This document shows positions 11,712-26,135 of a stretch of 64,000 bases of DNA, piece after piece (position 1 is the first letter of the stretch; each line of letters begins with the position of its first letter). The translations under genes were made by a program, and so were the position numbers. This DNA comes from Orbicella franksi (lineage: Eukaryota): positions 25,730,001-25,794,000 of the forward strand of contig OZ116698.1 in assembly GCA_964199315.1 (NCBI GenBank). Direction: 5' to 3'. A model generated the notes under the pieces. That model did not search any database, had not been told where the DNA came from, and saw nothing but the letters and a program-made list of their open reading frames with translations.

Positions 11712-14469
11712 GTAGGTCTGGAAATTTCATTTTAATTAGATACTGGTGATAAAATGTCGCTATTCTTGAAGAACTACGGGTTCTACCAATAACGCAACTT
11801 TGAGATAAGACAAACCAAACAGGTATGGAAGTAAAAAGCGCCAGCATGATGGCATTTCCCCTCGTTTATATAGAAACACATTGTCTTCTTAAAAAAATTA
11901 CCATTTTAAAAAGCAGTATGTCGCTACTCCCTTTACAAAATATACAAAATTAAGAGAAAAAAGTTCAGTCTCCTATTTAACCAACTATATCAATCACCTC
12001 TACTGCCACAATCAAATCACCACGACTTACTTGGCTACAAATGTTCTGTACGTCTGAACTTGTTTTAAAAAACATCTACTAAAAAAATCTACTTTGTGGC
12101 ACTATTCGGCTAGAGTTTTGGACGTTTTCACGTTAGCTACAGCTGTAAGATATAGTCACTGTCCATTAGGATAGTTTCTGGTGGAAACGTTTTGTTGAGG
12201 TAGCTTGACGTTTGATTAGTTTATCAAACTTCTTTCCTTCACATGCTCTCTACTGTCCGGTCTAAATCATTTTTCCTCTTTGAGAACCTGGAAATAGATG
12301 ACTTGCCGTGTGCAGTTTTTTACTGATGATAATCTAGTGCTACAACATCTAGCAACGTTAGTTGGCTGCGGAGAAAGCAGCAGTGCCGACCATGGAGTTT
12401 TACGAATAACTGAATTAAAATTGAAACAAGTTCCCTACACAATATTATATTTTAAAAGGGCTAATGCTGATTAAACGCTGACAGAAAGAAATACGATTTT
12501 TTAAGTGATCAGCTCGTAATTGAAGAGCTTATTTACTTCCCGTTCATATCAGTTTGGTCACAATTTGCAAAATGAAATTATACATTGAACTACGTTCAGG
12601 GATTTCGTGTTCCTACTCCATGCAAAGGCATCAGACAGTGACTGTGGAAAATATTGAACTGACGCTAACTAAATTTTGTGAACTTTTCCAACAAAAGATA
12701 AAATGAACTGTAATGGTTAGGTTTAGGGCAGCACTGGGAAATTCAATGAACATCTTCATGCCATATAGGTTTAAGCGTGGGCGTAGGATCGTACTCTTAA
12801 TAAATATTTAAGTTTGCTGTTTGAGTGTTAAAACTTCTTCCCTGACAATTCAATCAGTAAAAATGGGTTCCCACTATTGACATAAATCATTTCCACGTGC
12901 ACAGTGACATGAAGGTTGCCTATGCGATTTCACCCTGAAAAGTATGTGCTTCCTTTCCTCGTCAGGGAGTCAGAAAACGACAGAAAATAGTTGACCTATA
13001 CCTACTGGTTGCGAAAAGTAGTTTATGTTTATCAGTTATACAGGCACAATGGTCGTCAAAAGAGAAAAATCACGTGAAATGTTTGTGCCACCCTTTTTTT
13101 TTTTTTTGGCGTAGGCTCGCCAAGCACGAACATCGGCGAGCCGAGAGATGCAAACGCGCTTTCACCAGCGAACATACATTTACAGGCTAAAGTGGGTCAT
13201 TTAGATCATAATGCCAGCAGTCCTAAGTAGCATCATCCCTTGCTGAGTACTTGAGCGAATTGATATACGAAAACCCGCTATTCGTTACATTTTTTTTTTC
13301 TTTACGGTCATTTGTCAATACATGTAACCACAAAAAATAAAATAGAAGCTATTACCGAACTGAACGAAAGCTTGTTAGGCCAATTTATTGCACACCTTTG
13401 CGTCTTACACAATAAAAACTGATATATTGTTTATTTATCTTTCACGTTAAGACATTTCCTTTTCATCACATTGTGATAAAACAAAACACTTCTTAAAGCG
13501 TTATATACACCGCTCTTTTGCTAATATCCAGCTGGCAAAAGGTCAAAGGAGACTTAGAAATATTATAAAGGAATGAGAAGGGTTAAACAAATACATTTCA
13601 GTATCTTGAGGTTTTCTTCCAGTAAATGCGCTTTGAATTACCGGACATACTCCCTCGGAACGCGTGAAGTGCATATTCTATAAATACTTTTGGTTAACTA
13701 GCGCGAGGTCCGTATTGGGAAATGTTGGTCGAGTTCTTTATTTGTTTTAGAAATGCAAAAAGTATTCTTCTTTGAAAACTCGCAAGTTCGGGTAATGAGA
13801 CATCCCTCCATCAAAATTTCTGTCACTTCAGTATTTGGCTACAGAATCTGGACGGTATAAAGTTTAAACAAATACACCGCCATGAACAAAATGGGAAGAG
13901 CAGAAAAACGACTTCCCCATGTCTTCTGCTAAAACTTCCTTGTTTCGAGCTGCCCCTAAAAATTGCTTCGGTGTAGCATTCTTCGGCTTTCCTTCGAAGC
14001 CACAGGTTATTTTCTGAACAGTGTATTACCAATCATGAATAGAATAGGTTTGACAAAAACTGCCGACAAGCATGGATTCCTCAAGGCCATTAGAAACCTC
14101 CCACGACAATAGAGTGCACTCGGGTCTAATTCATTTGTATTTCATAAAATATTGTTCATTTAATAAAACATTCACTTGGCGTTTGCGACAACTTTTCTTG
14201 TATGTCTTTTAACAAATAAGTTCACGATGTCTCGTATGTATGTGAAATAAAGATTGAATCAATTCAACTAAATTCGAACATCCTTCATGAACACAACGAA
14301 ATTATTATTATTTTTATTATTATTATTATTATTATTTTTTTTTTTTTTTGATCCTTAAAATCAAGTTATTTGGCAAAGAACATAAAATACAAACCTACAT
14401 TATTAAATAACAACAATGAAGCGCGATTGTTCTTACAACGGAACTATTTGTGAGGTCGGAATTTCTTAA

Positions 14470-15097
14470 AGCGGCCTTCACACGACAAACTAAAGTTAAC
14501 AAACTGGTGTTGGCAAACTCAAGTTGGTGTGTGTGTGAACGGCACAAATACAGTCGGCAAACACGTTGGCAAACTGTTGGCAACAAATAGAACTTGCCTC
14601 TATTCGCGCCAACTTTTCCCCCAACTTTTTCGTGTTCGTAAACTCGTAATTGACGCGTGAACTACGTGTGATCGATTTGAAAACGTGTGTTGGTAACTGT
14701 CAACCAATCAGAACACGCGCTCTTTTCACATGATTTGCGTGACACTTCACAAAATGGCGGACGACTATGCGCAAAAACGTTTTGAGGGCCGAGGCATCTT
14801 CTGTGCGAAGCTCTCGAACGAGCGTGTCCCACGCGTCAAGGGAGGGATTTCTGCTGATATACGGTGTTTCGTTCAAACCTTTCTATTTCTCCACCACTTT
14901 CTGTTTATTCTCAGGCGATTAACTTAAAATAATACCCAGACACAAGCGGCAACTCCAGGTCAGTGCCACTGCGTGACGATGTCGGCCATGTTGTAAATTA
15001 GCGTGTCTTGTGATTTAACGCGGGTCTGACGTGTGAAGGCACGAGTTTGCCAACTTTTTGAAGTTTGCCAACACGAGTTTGCCGTGTGAAGACCGCT
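14470..15097. mobile_element. PIF/Harbinger-like MITE
   Basis: 15-bp TIRs agcggccttcacacg / cgtgtgaagaccgct (14/15 match) with subterminal ttggcaaac repeats. No TSD recognisable. Confidence 0.6.
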
Positions 15098-15540
15098 GAA
15101 GAGCTCAAACTTGATTTTCTTAGCTGACTTTATTTCCATAACAAAAATGAATTTTTAGTATCTTTTATACAAAGTATAAATCTGTTACGTTATTAAACTA
15201 AATTACACGCTTTTGTTAATTCTACTTACAACGACAACACTCTCCTGGATTCACTGAAACGAGAGCATGTTTCAAATTCATTCTAATAAATATGTTATTG
15301 AACTAGCGTGAGGTCCATATTGGAGAAATATTGGTCAAGTTATTTTTTTCTTGCAAGTTTATGGACCTAGTCGCTGTCGAGGTCCATAAACCTGCAAATA
15401 AAGAAGGGGATCTATATTCTCATATACGGACCGAAAAAGCTAGTTCGATAAAGTATTTATTATAATGGCCTTTTTTAATCTGCTGATAAATTGATGTCAG
15501 TGTCTCTCGGTAAACTTGAACACGCGCGCGAAAGGAAAGC

Positions 15541-16182
15541 GTTATAATCAATGCCTTAGTTTTCAGCAAATTGTTTTATTGTTCGTCGGTCTGGTCGAAT
15601 GCAGCAACTACTAACCTCCTCAAACTTCAAGCGGTGCAGAACTTCGCTGCCCGAATAATTAGTTATACCAGAAAGTTCCATCACGTGACCCCAGTCCTAA
15701 AAGAGTTACGTTGGCTGCCAGTTAAATCACAACTGTATTATCGTAACGCTGTGCTTGCTTTTAAATACATGACTGGACAAGCTGCCGCTTACCTTTCGTC
15801 GCTCTTTTTAAAGCGAGCGGAGATACGTGGCCGTGAGACTCGAAATTCGCAACTTTTAAACATTCCTTTTTTTAAGACCTCTACAGGACAAAGGACTTTC
15901 TACTATCGAACAGTGTCATTATGGAATAGTTTAGAAAGAAATCTTAAGCTAAGCGAATCTCTGAATATTTTTAAACAAAGATTACGAGGTAAACTCTTAC
16001 GTGAATTTTTATCTTCATAATGCAATATTGCCACATAATTCTACCTTATTTCATATCATTTTTATAATTCCTTGGTACGTTGATTTATTTCATTTTAATT
16101 TTAATGTAACTTATGTAGTAGTATTAGTACTGAAAAGCCCCCATGGGGAGTGCCAATAAAATTTGTATTACATTTTATTGTA
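15541..16182 (+). mobile_element. 5'-truncated L2-type LINE (ORF2 C-terminus and 3' UTR)
   Basis: KLFYCSSVW...KLQAVQNFAARII...HVTPVLKELRWLPV...RTFYYR...LWNSL. The 3' end has the aagcccc..gggg stem-loop, AATAAA and a ttgtat-type tail. Confidence 0.88.
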
Positions 16183-16189
16183 TCTCTCA

Positions 16190-16682
16190 GTTAGTACGCG
16201 CGCTGTGATTGGTTAATTTAGCTGGCCGTACTCTCCTGTACGGCCCGCTAAAATTTAAAGTTGGTTTTGTTGCTAAACTGTTTCGTGATTTATCGCTAAG
16301 TGTTCTTTACTTTTATAGCAAGTGAAAGTTTATAACTTTCTTATACTCTAAATTGTGTAATAAAGCGTACTAACGACTTAAAAATTCAGTTATTTCAAAC
16401 TGACCCGTTTTGCTTTCGAGGTGCGTCAGAAATTTGAAGCCTTTCCGAGTCCGCGTGAATAGAAATCGTTTCCGAACCCGTCAGGATCACGGTAGAGATA
16501 TAATAAATACCTTACTAACCTCGTCTTCTCGGTCCGTCCTGTAAGTTACGGATCCGCGTTTTTTTCCCCTTCGATTTATGACCCGCACGCTTCGTGCTTG
16601 GGCCATAAATCGAAGGAATCGAAGGGGAAAAAACTCGGTCCGTAACTTACAGTACGGACCTCGAACTAGGTTAGTAAGAGGT
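16190..16682. mobile_element. Long-hairpin miniature element
   Basis: Arms at 16510-16584 and 16600-16682. Similar architecture at 15295-15465. Confidence 0.7.
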
Positions 16683-19600
16683 ATGTATTGAAAGCACATA
16701 GTTACTTTTCTCGGGTCGCTTTTGTGAACATTTCATTCTAATTGTCCTAAAAACATGAAGGTAAAGATTTTCACTGAACAAAAAAATTGCTTATCTTGTG
16801 TAATGAACTGAAAAAGCAATTCGCCGAAATTAATTCGTGAGCGGCACATCTTATTGTAAAATCGGACCGCTGATGGAACCAACCAGAATTCTCCTTTTCA
16901 TCGCAGAACAGTTCAGCCATACAATAATTAACAACTATTCGACGAGCGCGCGTTGGATACAGGATGGTAAATAACCAACTCGGCGCTACGCCCCTCGTTG
17001 GCTATAATCATCTCATATCGAACTAGCCGAATGGAATAACTGTTTCATTAAAAACGCCCCAAAATATAGAAAACTAAACAAAACTAAAAATAAAAACGCC
17101 CAAAAAAAATCACGCGTACGCTACCCATATCTGTAGAGGACCACATAGCAGCACAAGACTACTGAAACGTTCTCTCATCACTTGGGTGTAAAATAAAATG
17201 GTACTCGAATTTGTTCATGGTACTGGCATAACAGACGTCTGAAAATGTACTCCAATAAAAGCGATAGACTACCTATGTGAATATTAAAAGCAAAGTTGGT
17301 TTGATATGGCTTTCGTGAATGAGGAAGACATGGAAGAGCAACAAGTTAAACACTAAATGGTACACTACGATACGATAACAAAGAAAATTTCCATATTTAC
17401 TTCAACTTAGTCCAATTGTATGTATTTATTTCTATTTGACCCTGTACCTTGACAATGGTCAAATAACAGCTGCACAATGCTATTGAAGAACACTATAATA
17501 TTTTGACTGAGTAATAAAATGTGGACTCGATTTTTTGTGTGTGTGTGTGTGTGGTTTGGACATACGACGCATCAGAAAATGTACTCGGACAACAGCGAAG
17601 AACAAAGAGTATAATCGCTATTTTACTACGCGTCTTTGGCGTCACCCTCATTGCTTATACCTTCTATTTTTTGGCCTTTGCTGTGTTTTATAAAAAAGAG
17701 CTACTTGACTTGGCTTTTTACCGATAAAGACTTGTCTGCAAGGTCGTGTTACCCAGACCTGGTCAATAATCCTAACTTTCTTCCAGTTATATCGTGCATG
17801 TATTCTCACTGTAATTTATGCGAGTTTGGTCAGAGATGAAACATATTGTTCAGTTGGCCCGGGGTAAAGGACACTCCTTTCCTCGTTCGCGTTATCAATT
17901 CCACACATCCATAATGCAAAGGAAACTTAACGCATCACTCGCAGCAGATCAGTCAGTAAAAATGTAAGGCAAACCTCGCTGTGGTTTTAGCTGAACAAGC
18001 TTCAAATTGAAGACACGCATTGGTCTAAGGAAACAAGAAAAAGTGAGGTGCGCTTCACAAAGTGCGAAATACTAAGAAGGCGATTTCAAAAAGGGTAATC
18101 GATCACCATAGCTACCTGCTCAATTTCTACATTCATACAACTGTTTGGAGAAAGGTTGTCCCGCAGGAAAAATACTAGAGTATGAGTGGTGGTAGTTAAC
18201 CTTTGCTACCTTTAGCTTAATGGCTGGGCGGAAGGTGCCCTACTACATTTTTTATCAAGTGGACCATAACAACTTCAAGGAACACGGTGTTTAATGGTGA
18301 TCTTGACTCACTCGCCCACAGGCGGAACTCAAAGATATTTCTAAAAGTCAACTGTCATAAGTGAGTTGTAGCCAATATTATTGCGACAACTCAGTTTAAG
18401 GACGTTCGCGCCCATTGTTACTTAGCTTCCCACGCGTTACTTAGCTTCCCACGTGTTAGAGGCTAATTGTTACTGCGCATCCTTACTGACCATGTAATTA
18501 GTGCCGCGACGTCACACCACGTCACACATCAAGCGCACGCACTAAGAAAAAAATATAAGCAAGTATAGGGGTTGGCACCGCGAGCGCTAACTTGGCCTAC
18601 AATTTACTTTCTTTACTGATTTTTCTCATTTCATGAAAATCAGAACAAATCTGTACGTAAGAAATAACAAATATTTCTCCTTTTCTGCTCTCGTGTTAAG
18701 GAATTGGTCTACTTCGATTGGCACCGTTCAAGTCTAATGTGTATTCCTTTTTAAGACTCATTCTACCTCAAGGAGCGACATCAGCTAAAAATGCATGGCC
18801 TTCAATGCGCATTATTTCGAAAACGAGCACGGTGATCCCCCCTCCCCCCTTTTTTTCATTTTTTGGCAAAAGTCAATTGCACGACAACTTTAAAAAAAAT
18901 CTGCACGTGGGAACATTTTGGGCGGGAAAGTTCGCAACTCGTAAGCTAGGCAAAGGAAATCCTAAGGATATTACTTTCGACACTCTTAACACCTGAACTG
19001 AGATCGTTTTTCATCAGTCGAACGCTTTGTTCTAAGAGCAGGTTAGATACAGTTATAAAACTAGCTTGACGATTATTGTTTTGTTAAAAATGTTTCGTAA
19101 CACTATTCCCCCGGGCGCTATTCATGATTCACGATTCATGTTCAAAATAATATCATTTTAGTTTCCTTTGTAAAAATTCAGTACCGCGAATTCGTTTCTT
19201 CTTAATCGCACCCAAATTCGTTTTTCACTTATTGCCTCCGACCCTGGCAATATACTCTGCGGCTCAAATATGCCACATATGGCTCGTTTTCGACAAAGCA
19301 GTAGATAGAAAATAAAAGTTTACTATTTCTCTCTAAAATACTTCTCAATCTGCTAAAAATGTGTTCGAAGTTTATCTCTAGACTTTCGATTGTGGATTGT
19401 ATGTTCATTTCTCGCTCGACACGCCGAGATAACGCTTGCTGTGGACGCCAGTTGTGTTTTTTTTTTTTGTTTTTTTTCTGCAGTATTTTCGGCTTATGTT
19501 GTTGTTGTTGTAAGTTGTTTTGAATCCCGAATGAAATTTGAACCACTCGCTCAATGAAAGTTAATCGGCGGTAAAATCTACCGAATGATTTCTTTTTCGC

Positions 19601-19804
19601 GAACGAATGGTCTTATTTTGGGGCTGTACTGTATTAAACCCTTGCTATTTCTCTGTTCTATTTCCTTCCCTTCGTCACCCGTTGGTCGTTTCTTTCGTCA
19701 ATTATGGTCTAAAATTTCACGTTCCGCGATGACGCAAGTAATGGATGCAAAAATATCATTACAAACGGTCGATATGTTTATTTGACATATGTAATATATT
19801 TATT

Positions 19805-20263
19805 CCTTTCCACAAATATCACGTAAAATCGCCAAATATCTTTCCGGAAATTCTCAAAATTTGTTCTTAATGTCACAAAATGTTTTCTAAATATCTCGAA
19901 AACCTCTCTAAATATCTCTTATTTTTGTCGTAAAAATACACCGATTTTGAATCACTTAGGCCAAAATTTTCAAAGGTCTTCTTGTTGTACTAGGAATTGA
20001 GGGAGAAAATTCAGGCACTTCGATGTTACCAGCATCCGCCATTTTGGAAAATTGCAGCTTAAGCGCTTTCAGTGATGTTGAATATATTCTTCGAGAGGGA
20101 AATCACTGAACTGGATTGTTTCTGGCATAGAACTGAGAATTGTTCCCAGCAAATAGCGACGAAAAGTCAGAAAACCTATGAATGTTTCTACATATCTTAC
20201 ATTTTCTAAATATATCGGAAACTTCTAAATATCCCTAAAAATATCCGGATATTTGTGGAAAGG
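19805..20263. mobile_element. MITE with 16-bp TIRs and subterminal aaatatc repeats
   Basis: cctttccacaaatatc / gatatttgtggaaagg are perfect inverted repeats. Confidence 0.65.
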
Positions 20264-23200
20264 CCTAAATATATTCCATACTTTTTATTTATAACGCTTC
20301 ATACTAAACGCTTCAGTGATTCTCGGGAGAAATGAGGCGAGAGGTGGTAACTTACATTTGAGTGGTACTGTACTCCATAATAGTAAAAGAGGAAACTAAT
20401 GACATGCAGCCATCCCTAAAAAATCCATCTGTGGACTGAATTATATTCCGTATAATAGTAACAAAATATATTTTCTTCACAAAGGTAGACTCTTCATTTC
20501 GCATATGCCAGAAACATTGTGACTGTATAAAGGGTAGTAGATTAAAGAGGGTTTAAATAGCGGGTTTTTAATTAACAGTAGTGCACGAAGCATGCTGCAT
20601 TCCGCAGCTCTCTGCGTATAGGAGCGTTGTTTCACGGGACTGAACGATAAATTTGAACCAGTGATCGCTGTAAACAGGAGCCGTGAAATACTAATACTCT
20701 TCTGTTTGAGCAGTAAAACCATTGCAACTTTTGGGAGCACATTGTCCCAACGTACATATGAAAAAAAAAACCATGAACTGGCCTTAATTTGTTCTAATAT
20801 CTTCAACTCCGTTATTTTCATCGAGGTAATAAGCCATTACCAACCGAACTATTTCGAACAAATTCATATACACTGTGTTGGTATGGTATTTAATGGTTGT
20901 TAAGCCTTTTATTACACCGAGGAACTATCGCACATGAACTTTCCGCGTGGGAAATGTTCGAAGAAATTTCTCCATTAAAAACACGGACGATAACTTTTAA
21001 AATGTCGGTGCGCAGAGCATGCTTCCCTAGTATACAAATGATATTAAATTTCAGCAAAAATACCCTACAACTAAGACTGCTTGTAAGGGGCACCCAGCAG
21101 CTCGTTTCGGTGAATTATCTGTTCGGAGGGCCGTTAATCCATTCCGATTTTTCTTAAGAGAACTGTCACCTCGAACTGTCGAGATTTGAGAAATTGTTTT
21201 GGCCTGTTGTTTTCGGATTTATAAAAATGTCGTTTTGGGTACCAAAAAAAGGTCAGTTATGATTTTTAGAAAGGCAAGGAGACCTAAGGGTTTCGAGAAA
21301 TGGACAAAGAAAGCCCTCGTAAATTCGATAAGGCTCAATTTCCCTTAAAATGACCAAAAAATAAGCAAATTAATAGCGCAGCCTAAACATTTACCGACAC
21401 AGCTTTCAAAGCATTTCAGAAAGCCGAAAACAGCGTTTAAAAGTATTTGAGAGAAGACCGTATTGAGTGCCCCTGGCCAGTTTCGGGAAGACCGAATAAT
21501 TGTAATTGTGTTAACAAAAAATTAAAATTTACATCTCAACAAACTTCTTCTACCTGTACAGTAGTGCTGCTTTTCACACCTGGCCTAGTTACACTGACGT
21601 CAGTTTAATAAAGATCGTTCCATTAATTACCCACTTAAAATTGTGACGGCGGGAAACTGTTGCAGGTCCTATTGGCTGGATACTGGCAGGTAATGAGCCT
21701 CGCTAAGTAAGTTTACGGAAACTTAGATGAAGCAATCAACCTCTGTACATTTTTTATGTAAAATTAGGGAGGGCCATATTGTAAACTACTGGGCAACCAG
21801 TAAATTATGTTACCCTCGTTAAATAAAGTCTTTTATTTATTATTTATTATTTTGGGTAAACAAATGAAGTGCCTTCGTTGTCGCCAACGAACTTAGAAAT
21901 ATAATGATTACAAACTATTGAATCATACTGTGGGCAACACCACCCCCCTTCCCCCGCTATCGGGTCTCGCTGAGTTCTGTTTGTAACGAAATGGAAGTTC
22001 CATCCTTTTCCCACGATTAGCCCTTTGTTTCAAAGCGAAAATATGAAACTGACGTAGGAAAAGAGTACGTAATGACGTAACAAAATGTCAACAAATTTAG
22101 GTTGCCTATCGGGGAGATATTAAAGACACCACTTGTTGTTTTTTCCCAACGTTTCAAGCAAAGCTACAAAACTGACATCTTTCAATATTTGAAGCGTGGC
22201 AATGAACTTGAAAAGCATAATTTTGAACAAAAACTGATAGCGATATGAACTTTGGTCAGGTGTTTAAGACTGTTTTTTACAAAATGAAACCTATCCCTGA
22301 TTAATATGGTCAGTGGCATACACATACGATGACCGCCATATTGGAGAAGGAGATACGCATTTCACTTCACCACGGGTAACAAAATTCAATACGTTTCGTC
22401 AATTAAAATGAGACTTAACTCAACACTTCGGTGTTTCCATAAAGCATGTGAGGGCAGGTGTTCAGTTCTCCCCTGTGGAGGTGTGACGTACTCTCATGAT
22501 GGCAATTTTCGACATTAAAATGAACTGTTTTGATCAAAAATTATAAATGCTTTAGAAATAACGTACTTAGCTTGAGAGCATAAGATTGCGTTGGCTTGGA
22601 CTGGTCTCAAACTCAAGGCATATTGAGGGATTGAGATCTCTCAAGTGGACAATTACACAGAGTGCCGTGACAGACGGAAAGTGTGTTGTGACGTGATTTG
22701 CGGGAGCCCTGCCCAGCGCCGGCGGGCAGGTGACTGAAATTATCATTAGCAAGAACTCCCGCGCAAGAGCCGCTGTTTCTGCAAAATGATGCGAAGACGG
22801 TTAATTCGCCGTATCTAACTAAATAACTCATTACTATGTAGCTTTAGGCTGTGACAAAGGAGGTTATTTAGTTCAATAAAGAACAACAATTCTTCGACAT
22901 TAAGCTGTCCAATCTAGCCAGCATCAGAGTATAGACGGCGTACGTTTTGAAGAAGGAAAATATATCCCTGGTACTAGTTTGGAAGTTTATTTTAATTGAA
23001 TTTTAAGTTCGATGTTTGAAGAAATAAGTTTAACCCTGAAGTCGCTTTACTCAGAGCCTGAATATTCCAACCCTGAAGTCACTTTACTCAGAGCCTGAAT
23101 ATTCCAGAAGATATTATATTCTACCCTTCCTGTTTTGAAATTAATGTAAAGAATTTTCTAGAATACCACCGGTACATAATAAAAAGCGGTTCGACAAACG

Positions 23201-25957
23201 TACCGAGAAGACGAACAAATTTCGGGAAGTCAGTTAAGAGTTGAGTATTTCGTGTCAAAATGGTGTTAAAAAGCGAAATGGATGATGTGCGAGGGCTGAT
23301 GTTGGAAGTCGAGGCCATGGACGCAGAGTTACTCTTAAGGTATCTGAAATGAAGCCGCTTGAACAGTGCTGGCTCGATTCGCTGATGAAAGGGTTCAACT
23401 CACAGTTTGGATACAAAATCACGTGGATGAAAAAACTAAACGTTTTTCACCGTCATCTTCTCAATCAATTGACAAATGGACGAGATAAATTATCACATGG
23501 AAGTTTAAGTGAAGACACCAGGCGATTTTCCGTTTAAGTATGGATCCGGGTTCTGCTAAATCCGATGCAGAGCCATTAATCACTACGAAATCCACAAACT
23601 ATTAGTCACGTTTCCCGAGTTCGGCAAGGATAGCGAAAACAGAGCTGAAGCCTACGCTTCTCTCACGTGCGAAAATTTATCCCACTTACTACATAAGGCA
23701 TGTAAAATAAAATTAACTGAAGGACACGAAACGTCACAGAAAGGTTTGATTACATGCTGGGTTAAAAAGGAGATCATCATTGGAAGCACGGAAATGAACA
23801 GACCACAAATATGTGTATGCATCCATCTTTGGTAAGAAACCCTACTGCCATTTTAATCAAAGGAAACACCTCTGAAAGCATAAGTGATAAAGCTGAGTAT
23901 ATCCTGACTCGAGAACATGGGTTGAATTTCGCGTCATCCGAATGTAACACAGGGGTAATTCTGGACATCAAAAGTGAGTTTTGGAGGAAATTAAATCTTT
24001 TTGATTTTCGTTGCTATCGTAATTAAGCGATCGTAAACAGTCAGCCATGGGTCACACTCCTCAAATTTTACGGCGGCGTTTTCCTTGTTATTTGTCTCTT
24101 TTATCTCCTACCTGTCAAGGATTAAGATCTGGAAAAGATCCGCTCAGTTGTGTTAAAAACTGGCTTAGAAATTGAAACGTGTCTTAACTAAGGATGACCT
24201 CTCAGATTAGCGACACGCACAGCGTATCTGTTGTAAGATGCCACTAAGAGATCCCTGATTAGTTTGGTTATAAATGGGTCCACGTGTTACAGAACAAGCT
24301 TCATGTCTCCGTCTAAACTGTTTGGACACCCCAACCTGCCTTTGATTATGAAATTGAAGTGCGCGTTTGCTCAGACTCAGCTAACCCATCATGTCATGAA
24401 GTAGCCCGGTTTAGAGGTTGTCGGAACAAACGAAACATGTTGACGAGCACGGGCAAGCGAGAATAATAAGCTCCGAGGGTCAAGAAAGTCGTAAATAATC
24501 TCCATGATCACATCCATTGGAAGGACAAAAAAACATCAGCATATCCTCGAGTTTCTTTCACATTGATTTAGATGACAATAGTGGTACACTGTGAAATATA
24601 TGTGCGAGTAAATTTGTTTTGACTGCATACCCGACATGACGTTACTCCATGCAGAGACGTGACTTACAAAATATGCTATGGGTTTCGCAATATGCTGCAT
24701 TGCGTGGAAGGTGTGACATGCTTACGTCATTGCGGTTCAACATTGTGCAAGGTTTGTAGTGAGTAGACGTCAACAAGGTAACGCGACGTGACTGAGAGAC
24801 GAGGACCCAAACATGCCTCTTGAAACTGGATTTCGGATACAAGGCTAACTCTGAATGTAGCGAGAGCATTACTACCTTCACTTTAATCTTTTCACTTTTA
24901 CGAAGGAAGACTGACGGTACGGATGAAATTGTAAATAGAGGCAAAGATGGATTTTCTGACTCGAAACAGTGGGAGCGGTGGGTCACTTAATTGGAGAGGT
25001 CAGCAAGGCGCGCCAATTTCGAAGAGCTGACATGTACACAACGCTCTTCCACCCACACTGATTTAAGTATATTTGAATAACGATTATTATTTAACGCTAT
25101 TTAAGTTTCAGTATGAGATCACTAAATTTATGGACGAGTGTTCATATATTAGCGTTGAACGCTTGAAGTCATTCATAGTAATGACTTACTCGTGACCAAT
25201 TAAGCCTACACGGTACTTGATTTTGTCCAAGGATAGATCTGACTTAGTTATATCATAACAAAACTGTATTACTAGTATTATGGCGGAGCTCATTCCACCA
25301 TTAGTGAAAGGTTTAAGGGCAAAAGACATCGGCAATCAAGCGAAGTGGAAAATTCAAAATAGTAACTTAATATAATAGAATATAAAGTGAAATCATGAAA
25401 GTGATGAAAAATGTTTCGCTAGCTAGAATTGAAGAGGATTTGTTTTATGTTTGGTTTGGTGAACGGGATTGTTGTCTAAAGTTCTTATTCAGCTTCTGAC
25501 AATAGAAACACATGTTATCCAACCAATATGCACAACCTATATGAGACTTATAACGTCACGCCATATGTACCTGAGAGCTGCTGGCAAAAATTTAACAATT
25601 GAAATGGCAATTGTCGTAAAAGGTGTAATCAAATATGGCTTTTTTTTATAACGAAACATCTGTGTACAAAGTGGCAAATAATGAAGTCGAGATTAAGTCT
25701 CAAACATAGTTAGTCACTGAAACAGTACTGGCTAGATAAACAATCACCCGGAAACCACGCTTGAGGCTGGAAACAAAGGCCACATACGTCATATTTTTCC
25801 CGTTTGTTTGACATTTATACCGGAAACGCCTCCCACTCTTTGTGAGACATTTGAACTACTCTTGCAAAAAGATTTAAGGAACGACTTCCTCCCAGGGCAT
25901 AGAAGCTAGCCGTGCAGAGTTTCTATCGGTCCGCTCACCTGACTGGCGTTGGAGAAA

Positions 25958-26135
25958 ATGAGTCAATTCGCCTTCGATCCCGAACTTGAGCAACAGCTAA
26001 ATGACATAGATGAGTTTATTAGAGCACAGTGCGGAGACGATTTATCTGTTGGATTCAATCAAAGCGAATGGCTTTTGCCTTCACAAACCGGGGAAGCCCC
26101 AGCACAGACCATGTCTAGCTCCTGGAATGTAAGAG
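25958..26135 (+). CDS. Cluster gene C, exon 1 (MSQFAFDPELEQQLNDIDEFI...)
   Basis: ATG at 25958 and phase-1 donor agag|gtaggt at 26136. Paralogous to 11534 and to 59098 (-). Confidence 0.85.

Noticed and set aside
17521-17727. Short ORF with a hydrophobic, TM-like segment
   Set aside because: It has a non-ATG start, overlaps a (GT)n repeat, and has no homologue or splice support visible.
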